Shown here: positions 1 through 12,100 of the stretch, in pieces
Layout: each line of letters starts with the position of its first letter
How positions within the stretch are numbered: position 1 is the stretch's first letter
Assembly (NCBI GenBank): GCA_012295275.1
Contig: CM022671.1
Location: forward strand, 28,024,001-28,088,000
DNA from: Chrysomallon squamiferum
Lineage: Eukaryota; Animalia; Mollusca
Direction: 5' to 3'
Length of the DNA stretch: 64,000 nucleotides
Notes under the pieces: generated by a model
The model's input: only the letters and a program-made list of their open reading frames with translations
Database searches by the model: none
Told to the model about the DNA's origin: nothing
Program-made: the position numbers and the translations under genes

Positions 1-183
1 CAGTGCTGTAGTACCTTTATACAGAAAAATAGTTTTAAGATTACCATTTTGAATTCCAAAAATAATTAATTAATTTATGTAGATGTATTTGAAAACTTTT
101 AGAATTTTCCATTTCCCCCATCACCAAAAAAAAATAAAGAAAGAAAGAAAGAAAAAGACAATAAATAATTATTATAATTTCAG

Positions 184-3100
184 AAACCGAAAGGCAGAAG
201 AACATATTGAACAGTTAATATCTGAAAGAAAAGAGCTTGACAACCAGATTTTGACTTTGGAAAAGAAAATCACTTCACTTACAAAACAGCTTGAAGAGAA
301 ATCAGAAGAGGTTTGTTCAGCTGAGAGGCGTTTGGCAGACGTGAAGTCAGAAATGCAGCAGCTATACCAGCAGAAGACTGACCTGCAGGTCACCGTGGAA
401 TCCTTGCAGAAAGCTGCAGCCAGCAAAGACGAATGTCTGAAAAAGAATTGTGAACTGAACGCCAAAATAAATGAGTTAGTGAAGTTGAATAGTGACCTGG
501 AGAAATCTGTTAACAAAATTACGGATGAGAAGAACAATTTGGAAAGAAAACTGAAGAAAAGTGAAACAGAGATGGAGGAGTTGAAGAAAACGTTGACCAA
601 ACTGGAAAGTGTGGAGAAAGACAGTAAGGATTTGAAGAGAAAAGTTTCTAGGCTTGAACTTGTTGAGAAAGAAAAAAATAAACTGGATGAGAAATTGGCT
701 TGTGTTGAGAAAGAAAAACACACTCTTGAGACGAAGATTACTGAGGTGGAAAAAGCAAAGAGTGCTCTCGAGGAAAAGTTAGGACAAGTGGACAAGAGCA
801 GGCAACAACTGGAGAAAACGATGGAGAAAGAAAACAAAGATCATGAAGAAAAATGCACAGCACTGAAGAAAGAGAAGGATGAGCTGGTGAAAAAGCTTCA
901 GAAACTAGAGTCAGAAAAGAAAGATTTGGAGAAAAAAATAAAAAAACTGGAAAATGTGGAAAAGGACAAGAGATTATCAGAAAAAAGTTTGATGTGCATC
1001 CAAAAAGAGAAATCAGATCTAGAAAATGAAATTTTGAAGTTTGAAGCAGCAAATAAAAATTTGAAATATAGGATATCAGAGTTGGAAAAATCGGTTCAGG
1101 ATGAATTAGTGATCAAAGAGAAATTGAAAAAAGAAAAGAAATCGTTAGAGAAACAAGTTGAAGAATTAAAAAATGAAAAGAGGATACTGGAAGAAAAAAT
1201 AAGTAAACAGGAAAAAACATTTGATGAAGAATTAAAGAAAACTTTGAAAAAACTGGAAGATGCAGAGAAAGAGAAAGATGATTTAAACCAAAAAGTTACA
1301 AGAATAGAAATTATTGAGAAGGAGAAAAGCATAGTGGAAGAGAAACTGTGCAAAATGAACAGTGTGGAACTGGAAAAACAAGATCTAGAAAAGAAGCTCA
1401 TAAGTTTGGAGAAGATGGAAAAGTTGAAAAATGAAGTTGAAGAGAGACTAGTTGTTGCTGAGAAAGATAAGAAAACATTACAGAAAGAAATTCAAAACCT
1501 TAAGAAAGAATATGAAGAAGAAACAGCAAAATTAACTAAAGAAAAAATGATTTACAGAAAAACATATCAAAACTGGAGTCAGAAAAGAAAGATCTAGAAC
1601 CAAAATTGAGAAAACTTGAAGGATTAGAAAAAGAAAAAAGAATGTCAGACCTAAGTTTGAAAACAGTGCAAACAGAAAAGTCTGATCTTGAAAATAAAAT
1701 TTCCAACCTGCAGAAAGATAATGAGAGATTAAAAGAGAGAATAGAAAAAGATGAGATGGTTGCCAAGGAGAAGATGATATGTTTGGAAAAAGAAAACAAA
1801 TCACTGGAGAAAGAGGTTAAGGAAATGGAAAACTTGAAGACTGAAATGAAAACTCTTCAGCAGAAAGTACAAAGACTGGAAAAAGAATATGACCAGAGTG
1901 CCAAAGAGAATGAAAATCTGAATAAGAAACTGGACAACTTGACCAGTCTGCAGAGAAAGAACTCTGAGCTGGAAAAGAAGGTAACCAGTCTGGAAACTGT
2001 TGAGAAACAAAATCAGTCACTTCAGAAATTAGTGTCTAATTTGGAATCAAACAATAAGAAGGATCTTGAATCGTTAACAAAGAAAATGGAACATCTGGAA
2101 AAAGAAAATGAAGACCAAAAGAAAAAACTGAGAGATCAGGAAAGCAAACGATCACTTGTTGACAAACTTCAGGAGGAAAAAAATGTTCTTCAGCAAAGAA
2201 TTAAAGAGCTTGAAACTGAAGTAGAGAGGTTGAAGAAAAACAACAGAACAAGTTTGGAGGAAGAGGCTTATTCAAAAAAGCTGAGAGATGAATTGGAAGA
2301 AAAAGTGAAGCGGCTGGAAGGTACTACGTCAGAACTGGAGAAAGAAATGGATGAAAAGAGAGAAACAATTAGAGAAAACAGTAGGCTTAAAAAGGAAAAA
2401 TTAACACTGCAAGGCAAAATCGATTCTTTGTCAGATGAGGTGTCTTCGTTAAAGTCTGTACTTGACAAATTAAAAACAAATATCGGAAAAGATGTGGCTT
2501 CAACATCAGAGGAAGATGTTAAAGAAAATGAAATTCAGAAAGTACGAAATAATCTGAAGCGGGCCAAGACATTTGTTGTGAAGAACGATGAGAATGTTGA
2601 AGATCTGCATCAAGAAAAGCGTTACCTGGAAGCCAAAGTGAACAGTCTTCATAAACACATGGAGCAGCTGCAGGGATCCAGCAGCCAGTCAGATCAGCTG
2701 GAATGTGTCCAGCAGGAAAAACGAAAACTTGAGAGTCAAGTTGAGCAACTTCAGATGACATGTAAAGACTTGAGGGCTGAGCTGAATGAGTTACAGAGTT
2801 TGAGGGAAATCAACAAAGTGCTGGAGGACAAGGTCAGACAACTGGAAACAAAGATAAAGCAACTGCAGGAAGATGAGCACAAGGGATCAGATATGGTTTG
2901 TGTACTGTTTGAATTTTTTTTGTTTTTTTCTTTTCTGGTTTGAAAAAGTAAAAATATGTGTTCACAAGATTAAAATTGTTTCTTTCTGAAATTCATTTGA
3001 AGTCATGTTAAAAGAATATACCTTGTTACCATGTGCTACATCAGTAATATGGGCTGATCTGAATTACCACCTGATTCATTAAAGACAAACCCAACTGTTA

Positions 3101-6100
3101 TATAATGTTTATTTTAATTGATTTTAAACTGATACTCTGACTAATTTAGCAATTTTATTTATCTCTTCTAATACAATTTTTGAACAAAAATGGCAAAAAA
3201 AAAAAAAATAATAATTAGAATTAGAAAAAAAAAAGAAAAAAAAAAAGGTTGTCATTTTGGGTAAATGTTTAAAAGTTAGATATAATTTTTTATTTTTCAC
3301 TTAATAGAACTCAAGAGATGTGCCAGCAGAGGGTGTGCTGGGTGCACTGAAGAAGGAACTGATGGAGTCAAACCTGTCTCTCAGTGAAGCCAGGTCTCTG
3401 CTGTCAGCTTCAAAGCGACAGGAACATGAACTGAGAGAACAGATCCGCTCTCTACAACGTCAGGTTGACAACAAAGCAATGGAAACCATGCCTAGAGTAC
3501 AGGTGTTCATCATTTTACTGTTGATTTTACATTTATCTTGTTCATGGTTTTTGATCATCTGCAGCGACTGAGGACATGCTTGTGTTTAGGAATCGGCTGT
3601 TGATTTTACATTTGTTTTGTTCTTAATGTTTTAAAAATCATCTTGCCACTAATTTGATGTCACTAATGCAGGTTGCTTTTGTTAGAGTAATTGTTTCGAA
3701 GGAAGAGATACTAATTTTGTGAGACATTAAAATAATCTGAATTATAAATATAAATATATAGTTGCATATCAATTGTGGATTAACTATTTAGCATGGCAGG
3801 TTTGAAAGCTTTATTCACTCAATTAATATTGTTTGATTTTTAAAGGGAACTCCAGCAACTGATGGTGAACTCCAGACTCTTCGCATTCAGAATGAGGCTT
3901 TTAAAAACCAAATTGAGGCAAGATAAAGTTGTTCTTTTTATTTAAAATAAAAGCAGATTTTTTTTTTTAAATAGTAGAAAAAATGTAATATTTCATGAAT
4001 AATTTTCAACATGCATAAATTCCCTTTATTTTGTGAATCATATAAGTATATATTTAGATCAATAGTATCTTTAAATAATATTTGATATTTGCCAAACTAT
4101 TTTAAATTGAGAAAGATCAGGCTGATTCTACTATTGATTAACAAATTTTGTTTCACCTTTGTGCATACTTAAGCTTTAAAATTATTTGTAAAACATTTTC
4201 TCTTTGGAACCAAATTCAGTTATGTAACAGGTATTAATGAACTGTCAGTGTCAAATAATGCACATGATTGTAATTGTGAATTTTATTTTCAGAACTGTAA
4301 AGCTCTTGAGAGTGAACTGCGACTGCTGAAATCTCAGTTTGATATGGTTCAGAGACAAAACAAGGTACTAAATTTAATATTAATAAATTTGGTTTAAAGA
4401 AAGGACTTAGTTTTTTGTACTGTCCTGAGTTTCTAACGTAAAACAGACCAAATTATGGGCTGAAAATAAGAGTTGTTTTTCTGTTGTTGTGTATGGCACC
4501 CAATTTACAGCATAAAATTATGTCAACAGTGACCAGTATTTTTCTTTAAAAAAACATTGCTTTTAAAAACATGATATATGTGATGATATATTGTATTAAT
4601 GAGTTTGTTGAATAATTTGTAGGCACTGGAAGAGAAACTCTGCGGTTTGCAGAAGGAGAAAGGTGGTGAGAAATTAGAAGTGATGACTTTGAGAGATCAA
4701 CTGAAGGTCAAAGAACAACAGTGTGAACTAGAAATGAAGGTGGGTTTTTACACCTTAAACACAGAAGATTTTTCTTTTGTCTCTTTTTAATTACTTGTTT
4801 AATTTGAGAAATTTTCAGTGTGTTGGTTTGTTATTGCAGTAATTTAGTGGAAAATTCTGTTATTGTTTGTTCAAATTGATATATTTAATATTAACATCAC
4901 AATTACAATGAAAATGTTTATTTTCAGACCATTTTGAACTTTACTCTCCACTGACTTTACCGACTCCTTTAATTTCAGAAAAGTGCTAAATATCAAGGAA
5001 TCTGTGCAGAACTTGAAGAACAGATGAGAGATTTAGAATTTCTTATTGCTGAATACGAGAAACGAGAAGCAGAATGGGCAAAAATTAGGTTCGTTAAGAT
5101 TTCCTTTACAGTATATTTCAATTTTTTATGTATATATATATATATACACATATACTAAAGTGGCCATTAAGTTGTTTACATTATGTCAGTTGTTACAAAT
5201 GTCAAAAATTAAAGTCTTATTTTAACTAGTGTTAAATGAATAATATTAAATATTTCTACAGACAGTCATTTGAGCAAGCTATGAAACAGAGAGAAGATGA
5301 ACTGGAAGGAAGATGTCAGACTGTTAATGCTATGCAGATGGCCAAGTACTATTTTCTCTTTTTCACATTTTATTTTCACATATAATTCTTTTTCTTGTTT
5401 GTTGTTATTTTTGTATTTTTTTTAAAAAGATCAGTTTTTATGTTTTCATTATAGATATTGTTGGGTAAGTGTACACATTTGGTATTTATCCATAATAACT
5501 ATCAAGATTTAGCCAGATTTTTTAAAATTAACTTTTTTTTTAATTTTAATTTTTATATTTTTTTTATAAATATATATTGCCCCATTGTTCTTTCTGTGAC
5601 AACCAGAATTTAAATTATTTAACTAGATCATCTTCTAATTCATCTTCTTAATGAATTTGTGTCTTGATTCGGTTACTTAAATATTTTTTAAAAAGGAATG
5701 CTACTGGAGAGCGATTGAATCAAGTAAAACAACAGCTGCAGTCCACGAAAGCCTCACACAAAGCAGAGATTGAGGAACTCAATCACAAACTGTGGGAAGA
5801 ACGTAACAAGAACAAGAAACTTAAAACCAAGGTTTGGCATACAATTAATTAACAAAATATAAGTCTGAAAATATGTCAGCATTGCTTTACGAAACCAGAA
5901 AATACTTGTTTGTGTAATATGTTTTACAGAAATCTGATTTACTGAAACACGAATAAATTTAAAATTTTAATAATGTATTTAAGCAAACTGATTTCATCAT
6001 TTTAAAAATCTGAACATGTAAGATTTTATAAGCAATTTTTCATTTTATCATGGGAGCAAACAGAGAAATATTAAAGACTTTATACTTTTAATTTCTTATT

Positions 6101-9100
6101 TTCTTCAAGATGGATGACATTTTAGAGAAAATTAACAAAATGGAGATGGTGTTGGAAACACAAACAAAGACCATCACAGTCCACGTTCAAGAGAAAAATT
6201 ACCTGAAAGAAGAGGTAGGTTTTATTTGTGTGGTACTTCTACCTGTATATCATCATAATAACCTGACAAAATTCATCAACTTGAATTAATTAGGTAAATC
6301 TATTACAGAATTAAATTAACATCTTAAATAATTATAAAAGAATTCTAAAACATTTTTTATTTTCTTTAAAAAGATATTCTGTTTGAAGACTTTTTTATTA
6401 TTCAGATCTGATTAAAGTAATTCTGTTGTAGATATCTAAAATACTAACTGAAAATCAGGAGGTCAGAAGCAAAAATCTGGAGTTGAAGAAGAACTTAGAT
6501 GAAGCCATGAACAAATTTGAACTCATTTTTGGTGAAAAAATTGATCTTGAAAATTTCGCAGAAGCTATGCAAGTAAGTAATTAATTTTTTAATTACCTAT
6601 ATGAAATGCAAATTTTATGTTACAGGTAATGGTTGCCGACTGACGAACTGTCAAACTGTATTTGACAGAGAAACCTAATATTTAGAAATAATTAATATTA
6701 TTTTTAAAACCTTTTTTTTTTTTTAAATTAATAATTTTTTAGGTCCTTTTGTTTAAGTGTAAAATCAGCTCAGCTATATTTTGTCTTAAACTCAATAATC
6801 TGTTTAAATCAGTCCAGACAAAATGGCTTCTTACAAAGATTTCTCTCAATTTAATTTAGGGGCTTCATTTCTTGGAGAAATACAAATTTGAAAGCACTAT
6901 TGGCCAGCAGATGAAGTTGATAGATTATCTCCAGGCACTCTGGCTGGAAAACATGGACAAGAAGAAAAAGAAGGTTAAACAAACTGATAATTAAGTGGTC
7001 ATTTATTACCATAAAGTTTAGCTATATCTGAAAGAAGTTGTTTTGTTTGTATTTGGTTTTAGTGGCTGGGGGGAATTTGTTTGGTGTTTTTTGTATGAAT
7101 TTTATCCTTTTATTTTTTAATTTGAATGTTTTTGTAATTTTTGCAATTTTAAAAAAATAAATATTTTAAATAAATATTTATCTTAAAATTTAAGAATGCT
7201 AAGTGAAATCCTTTGCTGAAGACTTTATTATTGTGTTTTAAGGGCAGCAAGTTATTTGGCAGCGGGCGGAGTAAGGACCTAACATCAGCTGTACCACCAC
7301 AGTGGAAAGACTTCCAGGCCAGCCTAGAAGCAGAGAGAAAGAAAAATGCAAAATTACAGGAACAGGTAGATCGTCTGCGCGAGGAAAACTTTCAACAAGC
7401 CAATGAATGTAAATATTTCAGCTGAACATTACACCTTAGCATCATTGTAGATGGATGGATAGCTGTTTCAATACATTACGTGTTCTTTCCTTTTAGTACT
7501 GTTACCTTTATTCACTTTTAAATACTTTAATTAATACTTTTAAAAACATATTTGTTGAAAACAATTTACATCATTTGTGTTGGTGTGTTCAAACTGAACC
7601 ATATTCAAGATATACATATATATAAATATACCTCAAGAGATCATAAATGCTGGTTAGTCAAAGACATATTTACATATTACTTTTCTGTGATTGTACAAAA
7701 ATTAACCAAAGTCCTACGTTTTTAAAGAACTTTCTGTACATTGGAATGTTCTGTTATGTCAACAGTACTGAGGCTAAAAGGTCCACTAAGAGAGAAGTTG
7801 ATAACGGAGAACTCGACAAAAATTCAGGCTGCTGTCGTGGCGCTGTCCCACTCCCCAGCCTGTCAGCCCAGCCCCTCGAGAATTCTGTCCAACTCTTCTT
7901 ACCACATGGACCATCCTCGGACACCGAAACCTACAAAGCAGAGGATGCATCACAACATACCTCATCGGTTTGTGCAGGGGCTGAACACAAGGGCCACGAA
8001 ATGTGCTGTCTGTCTGGGAAGTGTTCATTTTGTGAAGCAGGCTTCAAAGTGTGAAGGTAAATTAGAATAGCTGTTTTAAATAAACACGGTTAATTGTTTT
8101 AAGTATTTAGTAAACTGAATGTTGTGAAAGAAAAGGCATTAAATGTACTGCTCTGTTGTTACTTTGATTAAAAACAGGTTTACATATTAATGCAGACCTT
8201 TTCAAAATGAATAAAATATAATGTTAAATGAATTCTTTATGAATTAAATTGTAAATGGTTTTTAATTTGGGGGATTGTAGATGGATCAATGAAAAATTGA
8301 AGTCAGGACTTTCACTAAACAAAAAACCATATTTCAGTTCATTAATTTTCTTTATTTATCTGTAACTGTGGATATTAGCAATATTTTTGATGAGCTTTAT
8401 GTCAGTTAAATAAGCAAGAGATTCTTTTCTTTCTTCTCTTTTGTTTTCTTTTTAAAATATGTGTGTATGTGTATGTATCTTAATCATATTTCCTTTGAAA
8501 AAGAAAAGAGAGAAAAAAACAAAGCAATATTTTGGTTAAATACTGACATAAAATCTTGATTCTGTTATGATTTACCAACACAAGTATTATGACAATTCTG
8601 TGATTCAAACTGTCTTCTTTAAAACACTTATTTAACAAACATCACTGGAACATAAAAAATAACTTTGTTGAAAAACATATAATTTCACATTTAAAACAGG
8701 TTTAAATAAAGTTCACTAAGAATATTTTCATAAACATGTTACCTTTCTTGCTTTTATTAATGAATTAACATTACTGACAGAATGTCACATGGTGTGTCAT
8801 CCTCGGTGTGTGCCGTCAGTACCTGCTTCCTGTGGTCTGCCGACCGAGTACATACAGCAGTACACAGACATGATGGAGAAAATCAGCTGCAGTGAATGTG
8901 CTGATGTTCTCAACAGCACTGATCTGTCTATAAAACTAGACGGGTGGCTCAAAATTCATGTCACTAGGTAAGTAACACAGGTACACCTGTTTTTTCTGAT
9001 TTCAGACCTTTGTTGGATCAGCAGAACTTTTTTTTTTTTTTTTTAAATTTAATAGTTTATATTATTTTTATATCTGACTTTTAACTCCAGATTTTTATGA

Positions 9101-12100
9101 TAATGTAACACAAATGTTAATTACAGTGCCATTAATCTATAACACAGAAACATCATATTTATTTTCTTAAAAACCATTGTAAACGTTTATCTAAATATAA
9201 TTAAAATACTGCTTTATATGATTACATCTTTTCATCCATCTTTGTTTATTGAACCTCATCATACAAAGATTCATTAAACTGTTGTTGAATGTGAAGTAGA
9301 AATGTTAACCTGTGTTGTGTTTGCGTCAGTTCGAAGAGTGTCAAGTCGAGCTGGGAGAGGCGATGGGTTGTGCTGGACAACACCTGGCTGCTCATCTACC
9401 TCACTGACAAGGATGCCAACCCGGTGGACTCATTTGAGCTGAACCCCACAGACGTAGACGTCAGTGTGCACAGCGCCATTCTGCCCACCGAGCTCTCTAA
9501 TACCGCTGCCACTGATGTTGCTCATGTCATGAGACTGGATCAAGATCCTATTACAACCTGTTGGCCTGGAAGGTAATTACTTCAATTATAAATAAATATT
9601 ATAAATAAGAGATCATAATTGACACTGATGTAAATGTTTGGTGCTTTTTGCACACTATGTGAGATATCATAAAGACATGAAGTTCGTGAGAGGCAACCTA
9701 TTTTGTCACATAAAATAAACATCTTTTTTTACTTTTAGGTATCACAGCCATTATTTACACTTAAATGCTTTGAACTAATATTATTAGAAGCATTTTTAGT
9801 CAGTTTAAGTTCAAAACTCACCCAGCTAGTTCCAGCTGTGGAAACAGAGTTACATTCAAAATATGTACAATAAATACAGGTGAAACAAAGAAATTAAAAT
9901 CCATGAGTGATAAATATTTTAAAATTTTATTATTATAATGTGTCAATACAACAGTATTTGCTGTTATTACAGATATCTGTTGTGTGTTTTAACTGAAGGT
10001 AAATGTTTGTTTATGTAAAATTTATATTTCAGAGTTTTGTATCTGATGGCTGAGACATTTGTGGACAAACAAAAGTGGGTAGCTTCTCTTGAGGCTGTTG
10101 TAAAAAGTGCAAAGAGAGGAGAATCGTTTCAGAAAAATGTAAGTTTTAGTAACGTAAAGTAAAACAAATATGTAGAGGTTTTTTTATATTAAATAAGAGA
10201 TTGTGTATGTTAATTTTTTTCAGTAATAATGCTTTATATACACTGTTTATAAAAAAAAAAGAGTTCATTTAGAAGTTTCAGATCATTATTTCATCTTTGT
10301 ATGATAAAATAGTTTTTGTTTTTTTAACACACAGACACACACACACATACATACTTTTCACAAAAGAGAAGTTATTTTATAATGTTCTTTTTTCTTTTAG
10401 AGAATGCAAATGAATACAGCTTTGTCACTTAAGGAGAAAAAAGATCTGAACTGTTCACTTGTGATCTCTAAACAGGTATGCTTTCATTACAGATAAAAGG
10501 TTTTTTTTTTTTCATTTTTCATTTTCATTTTCTAAAAACTTGTATTTATTTCACTAGTAATTTGGCAAGCATTGTGTATCTGTGAAAACTATGATTTGCT
10601 TTTCAGTGTGTTTTACTTGGAAGTGAAGATGGGCTGTTTGCATGGAATCCACAGCAGGGTGACAAACTGACACAGCTCAGTGGGCTGGGCAGTATACATC
10701 ACATATGTCTGGCGTCTGGTCCCGGCCTTATCATCATGATCTCAGGTATATAATATCATAGCACAGTTCATATTAGTATTTACTACCAGAGACAGCAACC
10801 AAATAAAACTAATCCTTTCGACATTTGTAAATATTTATTTATTTTAAGAAAAGGAAAATTAAAATCAGGAAAAAATAATTAAAATTTTTTGATCATTTTT
10901 CTTTTTTTATTGTTTTAAAAAACTTATTTTGTTGAAAAATTTTTAAGCAGTTGTTATGTTGATGTGTCACAAGTGAGTTTTATTTGGGTTCAGGTCAAGA
11001 CAGACATCTTCTGATGGTCGAGAAGAAGCTGATAAAACTAAGACTGAGTCAGACCACTGGAGGAGAGACAGTTCCAGTCCCTTTGAAGATGATTGACGGC
11101 ATCGCAGGCTGTACAGTGTTTGATGTGGCTATCTGGCAGGACAGTACTTACATGTGTGTTGGCATGATAGACAGAGTCATCATCATGAAGTACAATCCCA
11201 GTCTTGGCATGTTCTGCACAAGGAAGGTGGGTTTTATCTGGGAAAAAAAAAGGGGAATAAAATTTTATATAAAACCTCCATTTCTAAATCTGTTTTATTT
11301 TATTTAAACTAGATATTTTCAAAAAAACAACAACTAATATATAAAAAGTCAAATGATAAAAAGGGTATCTTTAATAATTATTTTACATCCAGTTTTTAGT
11401 TGGTATAAATAATAAATGGATTATTTAAAATTATCAGTATGGATGAAATGTAAAAATAATTGTCCTGTATTTTAATATTTTTTGTGCGTTATATTAACTT
11501 GTTGATCATTTATTTTGACTCTTTCACCGACATTCATTAAAATGTTGGTTATTTTATCGAATCTTTGTTTTTTAATGTAACTAGAAAACAAATAAAAAGT
11601 TAATGATGTGGATTCTTAAATGTTCTTATTTTAAATTTTCTTTTTAAGTTATTCAGTTTTATTTCGATTTTCTTTTTACAGGAATTAATGTCTGATGAAC
11701 CATGCAGTTGTGTTTGCATGGCTGAAAATTTTGCAATTGTTGGAACAGAAAAATTCTACAAGATATCTCTTGAACACCCAGCCATGATAGGTAAAAACTA
11801 AAAGTTTATTTAGACAAAAATAAAATAGTGTTAGAATTATTTCATAGATTATCATGTTTTTTGACAGTTCACATGCATTTATAAAATTTGTCTTTAATTT
11901 TAAATTTATTATTATTATTATTTATTTATTTGTTGTTTTTTGTTTTGTTATTTATTTATTTATTTATTTATTTATATTTATTATTATTATTATTATTATT
12001 TGGATTTGTTTTGTTATTGTTCTCCCCTGTGATGTAATAGATCTGTTTCAATCCAAAAATTATTAAAAATTGTCATTTAAAATAATTTTCATCAGATGAA

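Noticed and set aside
1536-1560. Programmed -1 ribosomal frameshift
   Set aside because: No in-frame slippery heptamer or evident downstream structure; a sequencing error is simpler.
172-2761. Many minus-strand F/S/L-rich ORFs opposite the CIT giant exon
   Set aside because: Antisense shadows of a GAA/AAA-rich coiled-coil coding strand.
83-2943. Two separate myosin/SMC-like genes suggested by ORFs 83-1597 and 1606-2943
   Set aside because: They are one exon of CIT split by a 1-nt homopolymer indel; the ORF starts and ends run into intron sequence.
11854-12066. Hydrophobic I/F/Y-rich 'membrane protein' ORFs here and at 18909, 28227, 44052, 57364 and 62766
   Set aside because: Translations of (ATT)n, (TTTA)n and poly-T intronic tracts.
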